From Octopus sinensis (Eukaryota), in contig NC_043022.1 of the NCBI RefSeq assembly GCF_006345805.1, forward strand, positions 16,306,001 to 16,370,000: a stretch of 64,000 nucleotides of DNA. Direction: 5' to 3'. The position numbers and the translations under genes were made by a program. Under the pieces are notes generated by a model that did no database searches, had not been told where the DNA came from, and saw nothing but the letters and a program-made list of their open reading frames with translations. Positions 50,891-64,000 of the stretch are shown in pieces. Positions within the stretch are counted from its first letter, which is position 1. Every line of letters begins with the position of its first letter.

Positions 50891-51656
50891 GAGGAACTTC
50901 CCCATTCTGTAAATATTAGAGATAACAACTGACATGAATCGTTTCCTGGTCAAAGAAATCAAAAAGAGAAAGTAAATAAAAAGAAAGAAAAGAAAAATAG
51001 AAAACGAACCAAAAATTTTTAAAAAGTGTTTTTAAACAAAACAACCTTTCTGTTATGTTAATCAACATTTAAAGTTCACTAACTAATTAATTAATTGACT
51101 CCTAAAGTATTAATTGACTGCTAGCTTTGTTTTCCCAAGCTCAGATCAGTTTTCATAAACATCAAATACAGAAGCTGGCTTTAAAGGGTTCTTCTTCTTC
51201 TTCTTCTTCTTCTTCTTCTTCTTCTCGTGTCATCTATTTGCCTTCATTGCTATTGTAATCTACAGTCTTTATTTCAGTGTGTGTGTGTGTGTTACATGTA
51301 TACAGGTATGTATGGGTGTATGGGTGTAGAAGGTGAAACATCTTCAGATTGTTTCTTCCAAGTTTTACTCTTTGAAACTATTAAGTTTGTAAATTCTTTT
51401 CTTTATTCCTTCTTTGACATCTTTTTCTCTTTAGTTCTTCTTATCTATTCTTACACCCTGTGTGTGTGTGTGTGTGTGTGTGTATACATACACACACACA
51501 GGTATGTATTTATATATGCATATATGCTTGTATATATACACACACACACACATATATATATACACATACACACATGCACGTATGTATTTATATATGCATG
51601 TATATACGCATATATACACACATGTATGTATTTATATATGTATCTATACATGAATG

Positions 51657-51690
<34 letters not shown>

Positions 51691-51815
51691 ATATATATAT
51701 ATATATCACACACGCACATGTATGTATTTATATATGTATCTATATATGCATGTATATATATATATATATATACACACACGCACATGTATGTATTTATATA
51801 TGTATCTATATATGC

Positions 51816-51855
<40 letters not shown>

Positions 51856-52623
51856 TCTTGTTTTTAATTTCAATTACTCTTTTTATTCTCTTTACCTTGT
51901 TATCTTCTTTCAACACTCTCTGTACATCTTCAAAACCAAAGCAGAACAAATCTGACAAGTGTCTATTTCAGAAAGAAAGAAATAGTTCCAGCTTCGTTTC
52001 TTTCCTTGTTTAAATAAAACGAAAAAAATAATAACAATGATCTCGGTGTAATGATAAACAAATTAGAATTATTTCGGGGCCAAATATAGTTATCATCAAG
52101 AATGTCATTAAACGGTAAAAGGTCTTTCTCTGTGGGATTGTTGTGGCAGCTGCTAATGTACATGTAGGAAATATATTTCTGTGGACAGAAGACTATTCAC
52201 AATGTATTACCCTCCGAGGAATCTGATGTTAAGGTATTAATGCTTCATTGACAGAAACAATGATCTTATTTTTGTGTGGCAGAGAAATCTAATATAGCCA
52301 CATACTGTTAACCAAATATATACACATATATATATATGTGTGTGTGTGTGTGTTCTTACTATGGCAACATATTCAAGGAAAGCATCTCATGTATGCTTGC
52401 AATTAGCTGCATTTAATGCTCTGCATGCTTCTAACTGTGCTGTAGTCTTACTCTGGCTGCCAACTTAAATTATTCTCTCTTTATACAAACTGCTGTCTTC
52501 TATTGTGTGATCTTTGACAGAACTGAACAGAGAAATAGATCAAATCTGATTTCAGCATTTCTCTTCTTGGTATCTTAAAGACAACATGTATTCACATGCA
52601 CACACACACACACACACACACAC

Positions 52624-54054
52624 AGAAGCATGCATTAATTATTCTGCTTAATATATTAGTTGGTAGGAGAGTCATAAATGAAAGCATACATTAACTAAAG
52701 AGAGAAGAAAACATAGTGAAGCCCTCCAAAAAATTTATGTATAAAAGCAATCCACTTGTATTTGTTGGAGATCAAATTTCTTTCAACCTCTTGTGACCAT
52801 ATTTCTAATGAAACACACTTTTTAGGACTAGAAATTAATTCTGAAAATAATCAATAAGTTGGAGGGATTTAGTGAAACAACTTTGTGTTTCTTACATAAA
52901 ATTTTATTTTAAATATGGACTCTTTAAAATCCATAGTTTTGCATTATCGAAACAAGAACAGTCTTGGGGTGGGGGGATATTGAAGGGATTCAAGGAAATT
53001 ACAGAAGTTTCCAAATATATTTAGATTTATCTTATTTTTTACTTGTAGCAATTTTGAGGCCATGCTGGGGCACTGCCTTAAAGGGTTTAGTTGAACGAAT
53101 GGACCCCAGTATTTATTTTACTTTAATTCTGTTACATATTTTACCAGTCTCCTTTGCTGAGGTGCTACATTGTAGGAATATAAACAAACCAACATTGTTT
53201 ACCCAATAGTGGGTGGTGGAACATACAGAATCGCAAAGGTGCACATCTATCTGTCTGTCTGTCTGTCTGCCTGTCTGTCCATCCGTCCATCTGTCCATCC
53301 ATCCAGCCATCCATCTATCTAGGTATCTATAAACACACACACACACACACACAGAAGCATGCATTAATTATTCTGCTTAATATATTAGTTGGTAGGAGAG
53401 TCATAAATGAAGCATACATTAACTAAAGAGAGAAGAAAACATAGTGAAGCCCTCCAAAAAATTTATGTATAAAAGCAATCCACTTGTATTTGTTGGAGAT
53501 CAAATTTCTTTCAACCTCTTGTGACCATATTTCTAATGAAACACACTTTTTAGGACTAGAAATTAATTCTGAAAATAATCAATAAGTTGGAGGGATTTAG
53601 TGAAACAACTTTGTGTTTCTTACATAAAATTTTATTTTAAATATGGACTCTTTAAAATCCATAGTTTTGCATTATCGAAACAAGAACAGTCTTGGGGTGG
53701 GGGGATATTGAAGGGATTCAAGGAAATTACAGAAGTTTCCAAATATATTTAGATTTATCTTATTTTTTACTTGTAGCAATTTTGAGGCCATGCTGGGGCA
53801 CTGCCTTAAAGGGTTTAGTTGAACGAATGGACCCCAGTATTTATTTTACTTTAATTCTGTTACATATTTTACCAGTCTCCTTTGCTGAGGTGCTACATTG
53901 TAGGAATATAAACAAACCAACATTGTTTACCCAATAGTGGGTGGTGGAACATACAGAATCGCAAAGGTGCACATCTATCTGTCTGTCTGTCTGTCTGTCT
54001 GTCCATCCGTCCATCTGTCCATCCATCCAGCCATCCATCTATCTAGGTATCTAT

Positions 54055-54090
<36 letters not shown>
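52624..54090. repeat. Tandem segmental duplication, ~729-bp unit x2
   Basis: AGAAGCATGC starts at 52624 and 53353. The copies differ only by small indels that I could see, and give identical ORFs at 52964 and 53692. Confidence 0.95.
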
Positions 54091-54092
<2 letters not shown>

Positions 54093-54255
54093 TGGGCGTC
54101 TTTCAGTTTCTGTCTACCAAATCTGCTGACAATGCTTTGGTTAGCTTGCAGCTATAGCAAAAGAAACTTGCCTAAGATGCAGTGTAGTGGAACTCAAACG
54201 AAAGCCATGTAGTTGGGAAGCAAGCTTTGACCCCACCCAAGGCACACCTGCACCT
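53763..54255 (-). mobile_element. SINE family A (its tail half is duplicated at 53035-53352)
   Basis: Tail at 53763, (CA)n at 54055-54090, head to ~54255. Confidence 0.8.
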
Positions 54256-54590
54256 ATGTTATGTTCGTGCAATGTAAGAATTGATTATGCGAATGTATAG
54301 TACATTATGGTTATATAATGGAGTCACCAAAGCTGACTCTATTATATAACACATTCAACTGTGTTATATAACTCGGAGAGTATTCATACAGGAACATATA
54401 TTGATATTAGATCTCTGCTTCTCAATATCCTGTGCTAAAACGTTATAATTCTGATTTGTCACAATGTTACTCAACTAATTAAAGTGTATTGAACTGTGGC
54501 AGCGAGGTTTTAATGCTACAACACTCATTGATTCTCTGTGGTGTCAAATGACAATTTCCAAGTAGTGAGAGGGAGACAGAGAAGGAATGA

Positions 54591-54623
<33 letters not shown>

Positions 54624-55026
54624 TGAGAGAGAGAGAGAGAGAGAACGAGTGTGACTCTTAGAAAGCACAGCTGTAGATACATTAAAAACAGTTATAAACA
54701 TTTTGAGTAATCAAATTTTACACTATTAAAGTTTTTCCTTCTCCCTCACTGTTTTTGACTTCTGTTTATTTTGCTTTTGTTGGAGCTTTTTAAAGTATAA
54801 AGCATAACATTTTGGATTTATAGCATCTTATTCACATTTACAACCCAGGGATATTGATCTGGCTTCCTTTTATATGGATGGTTTATCAATCTATTGAGTA
54901 GTTTTATATGCACTCATTTTTATATCACTTTTTTTTTTGCCTCTCCATTTTCTCTCATTTCACACACACTCTTCCTGTGTTTCCATAAACACACACTCAT
55001 GCGCATGCACACACACACACAACTAC

Positions 55027-55147
55027 CTGAGATTAAGATGTCTGATAGATATATTTTCAGAAGCTACAAGCACAGTATATTCTACAGAGGACTGCATATC
55101 CTTCACTAATAGTCTATCAGTGGGAATCAAATTTGCCAACTTCACTT
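55027..55147 (-). CDS. Candidate exon, weakly fibronectin type III-like
   Basis: Acceptor cttcatttttacaaattgcag and donor CAG|gtagtt. VKLANLIPTDRLLVKDMQSSVEYTVLVASENISIRHLNL. The FN3 resemblance is by eye only. Confidence 0.35.
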
Positions 55148-55581
55148 CTGCAATTTGTAAAAATGAAGAGTAATATCATTATTGATACTTACATACGTTT
55201 CCCAGTACACACACACACACACACACACACAGTGTTTGTTGTCACCTTTAACGTAGGTGTTCTCTAAGAACCACCAATTCTGCTATTTTAACCCAGTAAG
55301 ACATCTCCTTCAGCTGGTTTCTTCAGTGTGCTCTCACACTTAATATTCATTGCAAGGGGGAGAGAACTCCTACCACCCTAGCTCTCTCAGATCACCAGAT
55401 CACATGATTTTGATCTTGTTGGATCACTTCAGTGGTAGGCACTCATTTGCCAGGCATGGCATTAGTGGCAATAAACATTACTTTTTAGTTTGTACACTGC
55501 TTTTATCTTAAACAGAGACTTTCTAATGAACTTATTTGCGTGTTATATATATACATACATACACACACATATATATATATA

Positions 55582-55714
55582 GGGAGAGTTCATGAAAAAG
55601 ACAAAGACAGGTGGTGTACAAAACAAACAGATGTATTAGTATAACGCTCAGGAATAGAAAAAATCTTTTATATTTCGAGCCTACGCTCTTCTACAGAAAG
55701 GGACACAGAAAAAA
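55582..55714 (-). mobile_element. 133-bp hammerhead-bearing insertion in a (CA)/(TA) microsatellite
   Basis: ACACACACATATATATATAT is repeated on both sides (55561-55580 and 55715-55734), with a hammerhead fold inside. Confidence 0.6.
55665..55700 (-). ncRNA. Minimal hammerhead ribozyme with variant core CUGUAGA
   Basis: CTTT-CTGTAGA-A-GAGC-GTAG-GCTC-GAA-ATAT-A-AAAG: stem I CTTT/AAAG, stem II GAGC/GCTC, palindromic stem III ATAT, and A6 replaced by U. Confidence 0.6.
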
Positions 55715-57362
55715 ACACACACATATATATATATATTATTTTGCTTAGGCATAGTAATACTAGTAGACTGGTGTTAGAACTCAGTATATATATGCTTCAG
55801 AAAAAAGGCATCTGTTGGGTACACAGCAGTAAGAAGAAATTAAGTAAATGATTATGTCATGAATTTCATTAGCTTACACCTGTTTCTGTTAATTATGTCA
55901 AAGTTAAGGACATAATTTCTTCTTCCCTTGTCATTTTTTAAATTTCTTATAAATATACATATAGGAATAAGTTTGTTTGTATATCCACCTTTTACCCATG
56001 CTATTACAGGTTAGGTGAAAGTATTATTGAGACCTTTTATGGTTGGATACCTTTCCTGTCACTAACCCTTACCAGTTTTTCAAGCAAGGGCTTTTTTACA
56101 TCACATATTTTTGAAGGGGCAACACCAGTGAAGGATTTTTGATAACATCAGTGCCTCTAGCTCACAGTATTCAGATACGTGGAAATGTGAACAAATACAC
56201 ACACACACACACACACAAATACATACACACACACATGACTAGCTTCTTTCAGTTTCCCTCTGCCAAATCCATTTAAAAGAATTTAGTCAGCCCACTGCTA
56301 TAGTGAAGGTGCCACACAGTGGTACTGAACCCGGAATCATATGGTTTTGATGAAGAATTCTTACCCACACAGCTATACCTGCTTCTCTGTGTGTGTGTGT
56401 GTGTGCGTCTGTGTCTGTGTGTGTGTCTGTGTGTTTGCAAATATGTAAATTTATCATAGAGACTTCTGGAAACTCTTGATATTTCAATAAAGGATTAATG
56501 ACAGCTCCACTTCAGATTCGTTTTTATTGAAAATGCAAAGCCATAGATCTAGATTGTTTGTCCATTCAACATTAGACCCCATATAAACCTGAGAGATCTT
56601 CTGTGTACAAACAGATCGATAAGTAGCATCTGTCCTGGTGCAGAATTTATTAAGATATAAAATGTGAATGACCAGATTAAGAGGACATTGTTGTTGTTGT
56701 TGTCATCATGTGATTCCCAGTCCTGTACTTATTTAAGAAGGAAACAATTTCATCGAAAGATACTTAGATGTATATTATTAGGGATAATAGATACAATGTG
56801 AGCACACATCGGCAATATCCACTTGATTTACAATAACAATTTTATAAATACACAATGTAAAAGAGTTGAAGAGACAGTCTTTCAAAGAATATGAAATCAA
56901 TACGTGTGTCTTTGTGTGTGTGTGGGGGGGGGGTTTAAACACTTATATCTGTATGTATCTTTGTAAGTATATATATATATCATCATCATCATCATCATCA
57001 TTATTGTTTAACGTCCGCTTTCCATGCTAGCATGGGTTGGACGATTTGACTGAGGCCTGGCGAACCAGATGGCTGCACCAGGCTCCAATCTGATCTGGCA
57101 GAATTTCTATAGCTGGATGCCCTTCCTAGCACCAACCACTCTGAGAGTGTAGTGGGTGCTCTTGCGTGCCACTGGCATGAGGGCCAGTCAGGTGGTACTG
57201 GCAATGGCCATGCTCAAAATGGAGCTTTTTATGTGCCACCTGCACAGGAGCCAGTCCAGTGGCACTGTCAACGACCTCACTTGAATGTTTTTTCACGTGC
57301 TACCAGTACAAGTGCCAGTAAGGCAACACAGGTATACAGGTATGTATATATATATATATATA

Positions 57363-57525
57363 TGAGTGGCTGTGTGGTAAGTAGCTTGCTTACCAACCAC
57401 ATGGTTTCAGGTTCAGACCCACTGTATGACACCTTGGGCAAGTTTCTTCTACTTTAGCCTCAGTCCAACCAAAGCCTTGTGAGTGGATTTGGTAGACAGA
57501 AACTGAAAGAAGCCTGGCATATATA

Positions 57526-57560
<35 letters not shown>

Positions 57561-57762
57561 CTGTGTTTGTCCCCCCAGCATCACTTGATAACTGAAGCTG
57601 GTATTTTTATGTCCCCATAACTTAGCAGTTCAGCAAAAAAGACCAATAGAATAAGTACTAGGCTTACAGAGAATAAGTCCTGGGGTAAATTTGCTCGACT
57701 TAAGGTGGTGCTCCAGCATGGCCACAGTCAAATGATTGAAACAAGTAAAAGAATAAAAGAGA
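57363..57762 (+). mobile_element. SINE family A
   Basis: Same as 60465. Further copies or fragments near 6740-6860, 13288-13490, 36240-36390, 46880-47030, 47495-47722, 56215-56385, 58648-58985 and 61160-61370. Confidence 0.85.
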
Positions 57763-58428
57763 TAATGATAAACACATTTGTTCTTCATAACATAATGCAA
57801 TAAAGTGTTCTGCTGATGACCCGTGGTGGGTGATCATCCGAATGCATTTGGAATGTCCAGTGCAGAGTTTCCATACAACCATAAGGGTGAAACGTATGTA
57901 GGGAACAAATGATACAATCTTGTGTTTATTTTAATTCCTCCTACATTTGCTCTGTATATCATAAACAGTAATAATACTAAGTACAGTAGTTACTTAACTA
58001 TTATACTGGAAGCAGACTGGATGATGATAATCTATGTGGACCTTTAAACTCAACGGCAGCAGTCATTCATCTAACTGTACACAAGGTGTGTGAGTGAGTG
58101 AGCTTGTATAGTGATAAAATACTTGAATTCATTAAATATCATTCTAAAAATGATAATACAATCACAAAACAGTACCTTGAAACTATTGGCAATATATCAT
58201 CATCAATTCTCCATCTACTGCTGGTACAATGTATTCAGGTCACATCCACATGGCCATGTTTACATGAATTATAAGAGCAATGTTCTACAAGTGGAAATTG
58301 ATGGGATTTTTAATAAAATTTGTCCATGAAATAAAAGGGAAAAAAGTATGAAATGATTGGAATTAGAAAAATTATCGTTTCTCTTTTCTATTAATTAATA
58401 ATAAAAATTAGTAATTTATAATTGATTA

Positions 58429-58630
58429 CAGTAATCTCTCAGCTGTTGTGGGTGTTACGTTCCCAAACCCTCTGCAATAGGTGAAAATCCATGAAGTAGG
58501 TTATAATTTGTATATATTTATTTTGTTATAAATGCAAAGCAACACCACGGAGGAATCGACTTAAGCCTAAATAATAAACTGTGATAGATGAAGTGCAATA
58601 GGTGAACCGCGATATGGTGAGGGATTTCTA
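58429..58630. mobile_element. Tigger/pogo-like MITE
   Basis: TA|CAGTAATCTCTC ... CCGCGATATGGTGAGGGATTTCTA|TA, with degenerate TIRs and TA flanks. Confidence 0.55.
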
Positions 58631-60417
58631 TATAATTTTGATCAATTTGGCTGTGACTGCGTGGTAAGAAATGTCTTCTATTATAGTCTCATGATGACCA
58701 AAGCTTCGTGGAAGGAGTTGATAGACAGAAACTGAAAGAAGTCTATTGTACATGTGTGTGTGTGTGTGTGTGCATGTTCCTACCATTGCTGGACAACCAG
58801 TGTTGGTTTATTTATGTCCCCATAACTTAGCAATTCAGCAAAAGAGATCGATAGGATAAGCACTAGACTTAAAAAAAACAAAAGAAAATTATGTACTGGG
58901 TTCGATTTGTTTGACTAAATATTTCAAGGTTGTGCCCCAGCATGGCCACAAGCCAACGACAGACAAATAAAAGATGAAATATAAAGAATTTCAATCAATT
59001 TGTTTCTCTGTGAATTGCTAGAATTCTCCTGTCTGCCCTCTCACTCTGCTTAGTATTTTATTAAGAGAACCTGAGAAGATTATTAAAATTTTAATATAAT
59101 TTTCGTCACCAATCTATGAACTCTGTATTTTTTCTTCACTTCTGATGGCTTCAGTCTCAAATGGATGTCTCTATTGTTTTGTAATCTGTAATCCAAATAA
59201 CTTTTTGATGTAAAGTAGATCTTTTGCTTGGCTGTCTCCTGAAAACCACTGTCATAAAATTGTAAAATATACTTCGCTCTCTCTCTATGTAATCTCCATG
59301 TAATATATATATATGTATATATATGAATAAAAAATGGAGTTAACGCAGGTGTAATCAAATATTTTTACTTTTGACACATGTTTCGAAAATTCCACTGAAA
59401 CTATTCAAAAGAATAAATGGTATAAACAATGCAATCTTCTCCTCAGGATAGTGAAAAAAAACACAACACCTTTACTTGTGAGATTTTTGCTGCCCTGGTA
59501 ACTATTTATTTATTTTTTCTGTGTTAATTGTTAACAAGGTAAAAATACACTCATCTATTTATAATATATATATATATATATTATATATATATATATATTT
59601 ATGTATGTATGCATGTATGTATGATGATCATCATCATATATACTACATATACATACATAAACCCACACACGTGCGCATGCACAGGCAATTTTTGTATGAA
59701 ACATTGCTGTATAAAGTGACAATCCAACATTGGCATGAAGGAAGAATTCCAAAACCATGGCCTCCTAATGATTCTTGTCTCATCCTGTCTTCCAGATTGA
59801 CTAAATCCTCAATAGTTTCAATGCAATATATTTATATGTAACTAATAGACAAACAGACTTTAATATGATAATAATTATTATTTATCATCATTTGCATCGG
59901 CATTAGTCATCTCTTCTGGAAACATTGATCAATGTTCTTCAAAACCCACAGATCAATTTTCTCTCAACATTTTACTCCACTTCACACTATGTTTATAAGC
60001 AATGAATCACAACATTTCCTCTCGATATTCTGTTGCTTTCATTTCACTACTTCACAGTTAATCTACTGCTAACACAACTTGGGGAATCTATCTTTTACGT
60101 AGAAAGAATTCTTCTTGTTGCCCAACTGTGAGAGGATTTCTTGAAGTTCTCCCAATCATCTTCAGCTTCAGATGTTTCTCAACCCATTTCGTTCCACACT
60201 CCACTTTGATTTTCCAACCAAAAGTGCACCTCACTATGAAGGCACAAAATGTGTGCATGTATGTATGTACACACATAAAATTAAGGAATTCACCAATTCA
60301 CGGTGAATGCAGTTCCTTGCAGAGATCCCAGGGTTGCAAAGAAGAAGAAAACGAGGTTTCCTTATTAAAGATTTCCTGATTTCCAAAATAAAGCATCTCT
60401 TTACAAAAGGATAAAGT

Positions 60418-60448
<31 letters not shown>

Positions 60449-60464
60449 ATATATATATATATAT

Positions 60465-60850
60465 AGGCGCAGGAGTGGCTGTGTGGTAAGTACCTGCTAA
60501 CTAACCACATGGTGAGGGTTCAGTCCCACTGCGTGGCATCTTGGGCAAGTGTCTTCTGCTATAGCCCCAGGCCGATCAATGCCTTGTGAGTGGACTTGGT
60601 AGAAAGAAACTGAAAGAAGCCTGTCGTATATATGTATATATATATATATGTGTGTGTGTGTTTGTGTGTCTGTCCCCCTAGTATTGATTGACAACCGATG
60701 CTGGTGTGTTTACATCCCCGTCACTTAGCGGTTCGGCAAAAGAGACCGATAGAATAAGTACTGGGGTCGATTTGCTCGACTAAAGGCGGTGCTCCAGCAT
60801 GGCCGCAGTCAAATGACTGAAACAAGTAAAAGAGTAAAAGAATAAAAGAA
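60465..60850 (+). mobile_element. SINE family A (tRNA head, CORE-like CCTTGGGCAAGTG segment, internal microsatellite), least diverged copy
   Basis: GGAGTGGCTGTGTGGTAAG A-box, GGGTTCAGTCCC B-box and tail ...GACTGAAACAAGTAAAAGAGTAAAAGAATAAAAG. Confidence 0.9.
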
Positions 60851-61065
60851 TTTATATGTATATATATATATATACACACACATACACATTATTCTCTCTG
60901 TGTTTTTTTAACTCCCTCCATCTGTTTTCTCACCATATTCCTTTCTTTAGAAGACCATGGATTTTTCCATTTTCCCATTTTCACTGCGTTTCAAACTAAT
61001 ACACCCTTTTCATTGTTCCTTCACCTGTTTCTGATGTTTGTCTTTTGTTTAATTTTGAACCATAA

Positions 61066-61117
<52 letters not shown>

Positions 61118-61971
61118 TTAGGCAGGTGTAATGTGTGTATGTGTGTGTATATATATATATCTTTTACTTTGTTTCTGTAATTTGACAGCGTCCATGCTGG
61201 GGCAGTCCTTTGAAGGCTTTTTAGTCCAACAAAACGACACCAGTACTTCTCTTACTTTTGTTTTTTAAGTCTGGAATTTATTCTATTGGTCTTTTTTGTT
61301 GAACTGCTAAGTTACTGGAATATAAACAAAACAACATTGGTGGTCAAACAGTAATGGAGGACAAACACAAATTATCTTAGCCGGAAGAAGAATAGGTTTA
61401 CAGTTCCATATCCAAATTCTTTCCAAGTTTATTTCCTTCCTCAATTCACACAGAGAAGGGACGACAGTTCCTTTGCCCTAAAAACCTGAAGCTTAAACCT
61501 CAACCAAAAGCTGAACACGTGAAACAGAAATGTATAAAATGAGTGAAACTTCTGTGAAATATTGTCAGACAGGTAATGTTTTAAAACCTCTAGAATATAT
61601 AAAACTACCATAAAACCATAAATACTGATTTGCTAACTCACAAGACTATAATATATTTCAACCAGCAATTGAAACCACTTGAGATTGGTGGTAACAGCGC
61701 TACTTTTAGTCATGTATTCTCAAAGGAAGAACAACATTTTAGAATTTAGCAAGAAACGTGTTGTCTTTTGACATTTAATTTTCTATCATATTGATATTTG
61801 TTATCTTTCTTCAAGTTATATCATTGTTAGTTCAGCAACTAAGGCAGGAAATTATATCAATTTCATCTATAAATTTAGATAAGCTTTTCTACATACATTC
61901 ATGTCACTTTTCCTTTCTTTCTTCTTTTTCTTTTTTTAGAAAGCCAAATATAATTTAAGAATTTATATTGC

Positions 61972-62012
<41 letters not shown>

Positions 62013-63154
62013 GTGTATCTGTACTTGTGTGTATGTACAAATCTGAACATATATAAATATATATACACATATATATATATACATGTATATGTATGTAAAT
62101 ATATATGTGTGTGTGTGTAACATTTTTATTTACCAAGTTAATTACCAAGAAATTTCATGTATTTGGTTTCTTTCTTTGAATAAAAAATGTTAATGTTTTG
62201 TTTCTGCTTTCTGGCTTTCCTCAATGGGCATTAGTTTGATTTAAGAAAACAAAAACAAACAACAACCAAAAACGGAAAAGAAATTAATTATTTCATGTAT
62301 GCATATGCTTTTCTTGATAAGAAAGCATATATTTACTCATTCTTATCCTCTAAAATACAAACACACACACACACCACACACACACACACAATAATAAGAT
62401 ACACATGCACACACACACACATACACCCCCCCCCCCGTCGCAATATAATCACAGTTGCTCCTATAATAACGTTGCTATTTTTGTGTCTGAGCATTAACCA
62501 CCCTTGCTATATTTACATCTGGCAATTGTTGAGTAAATAATGGTGAAAGTTAGCAATTAACATTGAAGAATGGAATGCCATAAGAGACAGTCTCCAACAG
62601 GTGGCAGCGGACGTGGTGCTGGTGGTGGTGGTGATAGAATACTTTTAGGAAATGAAACCAATATATGTTGACAGGATTTAGTTCCCCATTAAAAGCTGAT
62701 AATTAGTACAGTAACAGCATAATTAAATGTTACCATGAAACCATAGAATTGTATAGATTAATAAATTAAACTGGCCACAAAAGTGAACACATTTTGTCCA
62801 AAAGGTTTCTGACCTCAGCCAGTACATCAGCTGCCAAATACACGCTCCCACTTGCTAGAACAAGGCACTGTCTAGTGCAGCTGCACTAACTCATAAACAC
62901 AGTTTGGCTTTATCAAAGTTAATATGGCTATTTACACAGGCGTATTAGTAACTTATCTGATCTATTGATTGATAATTACTTATCGTTATTATCATTACCA
63001 ATTTAGCAGGAGCTGGACAATTCTATGAAACTCTGTTACCAATTTTACTCTGTGGAAACTATGATTCTAAGATTCAATGTGATAACTCAAACCATGCAGT
63101 AAAGAACTGTGTCAGACGTTTCTTGCAATAATACAATTTCTACACTCAAGGTAG

Positions 63155-63545
63155 AGGCATGGCTGTGTAGCAAGAAGCTTCTGGGTTCAGTCCCTCTGTG
63201 GCACCTAGTGCAATTGTTTTTACTATAGACTCGGGTCAACCAAAGCCTTGTGAGTGGATTTGGTAGATGGAAACTGAAAAGAAGCCCATCATGTGTGTGT
63301 GTGTGTGTTTTACTGTTTTCTTGACATTGCATGATAGTTGTAAAGGGGCCAATATTGTCATGCAAGTGGTGACCTTCGTTTCCCATCCTTGAAAATGCTT
63401 GGTCATAGGGAAATATTACCTTACTTAGAAACAAGTGAGGGTTGATGACAGGAAGGGCATCCGGCCATAGAAAATCCGCCTTAAATTCCATCCGACCTGT
63501 GCAAGTATGGAAAATTGAATGCTAAAAATGACGATGAAGATGAAG
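63155..63545 (+). mobile_element. SINE with family A head and a different tail (GGAAGGGCATCCGGCC...GATGAAGATG)
   Basis: The head matches family A up to the (GT)n tract, while the 3' half resembles the family C tail. Confidence 0.7.
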
Positions 63546-64000
63546 CTGGTACTTTTAGAATTTAAGCTATAACCTGTCCTATTTTATTTGTTAAACTCTG
63601 TGCCACTGGAACTTGCTTCCTTTACAAATTTCGCTCTTTATACAGATTTGGTAATTTATTGATATGTTTTTTGTTTTTTTTAAATATAAAATTATAAGAG
63701 GAAGACAGTAAAATTACTTTCTGTCCTCCTGCATCCCCATCTCTCATAATTTGAGATGTTTCCAATGTCATCCCCCCCCCCAACCACCACCACCACCTCT
63801 GCCATCTCTTTTCCAACTTGTTTGCTTAACTACAGGTATTGATATATCTTCTCCTGCTTCTTTTCCTGTTAAATGAACTTTGCTTTTGGAAAATATTGAT
63901 TTGAACCCTGATGAGTTGGGCTGATGGTGGGAAGAGGTTGATATTGGATTGCCTTTCTAGGAAACAGGGTTACTCTTACATGCTTGTTCCATGAATCATG

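Noticed and set aside
57810-57900. CTGATGA...GAAACGTA hammerhead candidate
   Set aside because: The base of stem II is out of register (C opposite T) and stem I does not pair.
60088-60276. Minus-strand ORF as an exon
   Set aside because: Alternative frames look like a decayed LINE linker (EAEDDWENFKK), and I cannot decide between the two readings.
63900-63975. AACCCTGATGAG...GAAACAGGGTT
   Set aside because: The flanking pairing overlaps the core and leaves no stem III or cleavage triplet.

Overview
AT-rich, repeat-dense eukaryotic DNA. The SINE families and the (TA)n/(CA)n/(AAT)n/(ATCT)n microsatellite load suggest an Octopus-type cephalopod genome (inference, not a database hit). No intact long ORF is present, and most ORFs in the supplied track are microsatellite translations. 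The window holds about 40 tRNA-derived SINE copies or fragments from at least five families, decayed RTE and R4/Dong (RLE) LINE fragments, piggyBac-, hAT- and Tigger-like MITEs, a non-autonomous Helitron and a fold-back element. The most interesting structure is a Penelope-like insertion at 9732-10876. It has a GIY-YIG ORF fragment, inverted termini, a 12-bp TSD, a minimal hammerhead ribozyme, an internal tRNA-like Pol III cassette and a nested Dong-like tail. Two further short hammerhead-bearing elements sit in (TA)n tracts, one with a variant CUGUAGA core, and there is a fourth weaker hammerhead-like motif. Other structural oddities are a 91-bp flanking duplication around an RTE fragment, a dimeric SINE with one TSD, a ~729-bp tandem duplication bounded by (CA)n tracts, and several minisatellites, one superficially CRISPR-like. 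Scattered exon-like segments, mostly on the minus strand, hint at a host gene, but I cannot assemble or name it. All coordinates were read by eye, and SINE boundaries are approximate.
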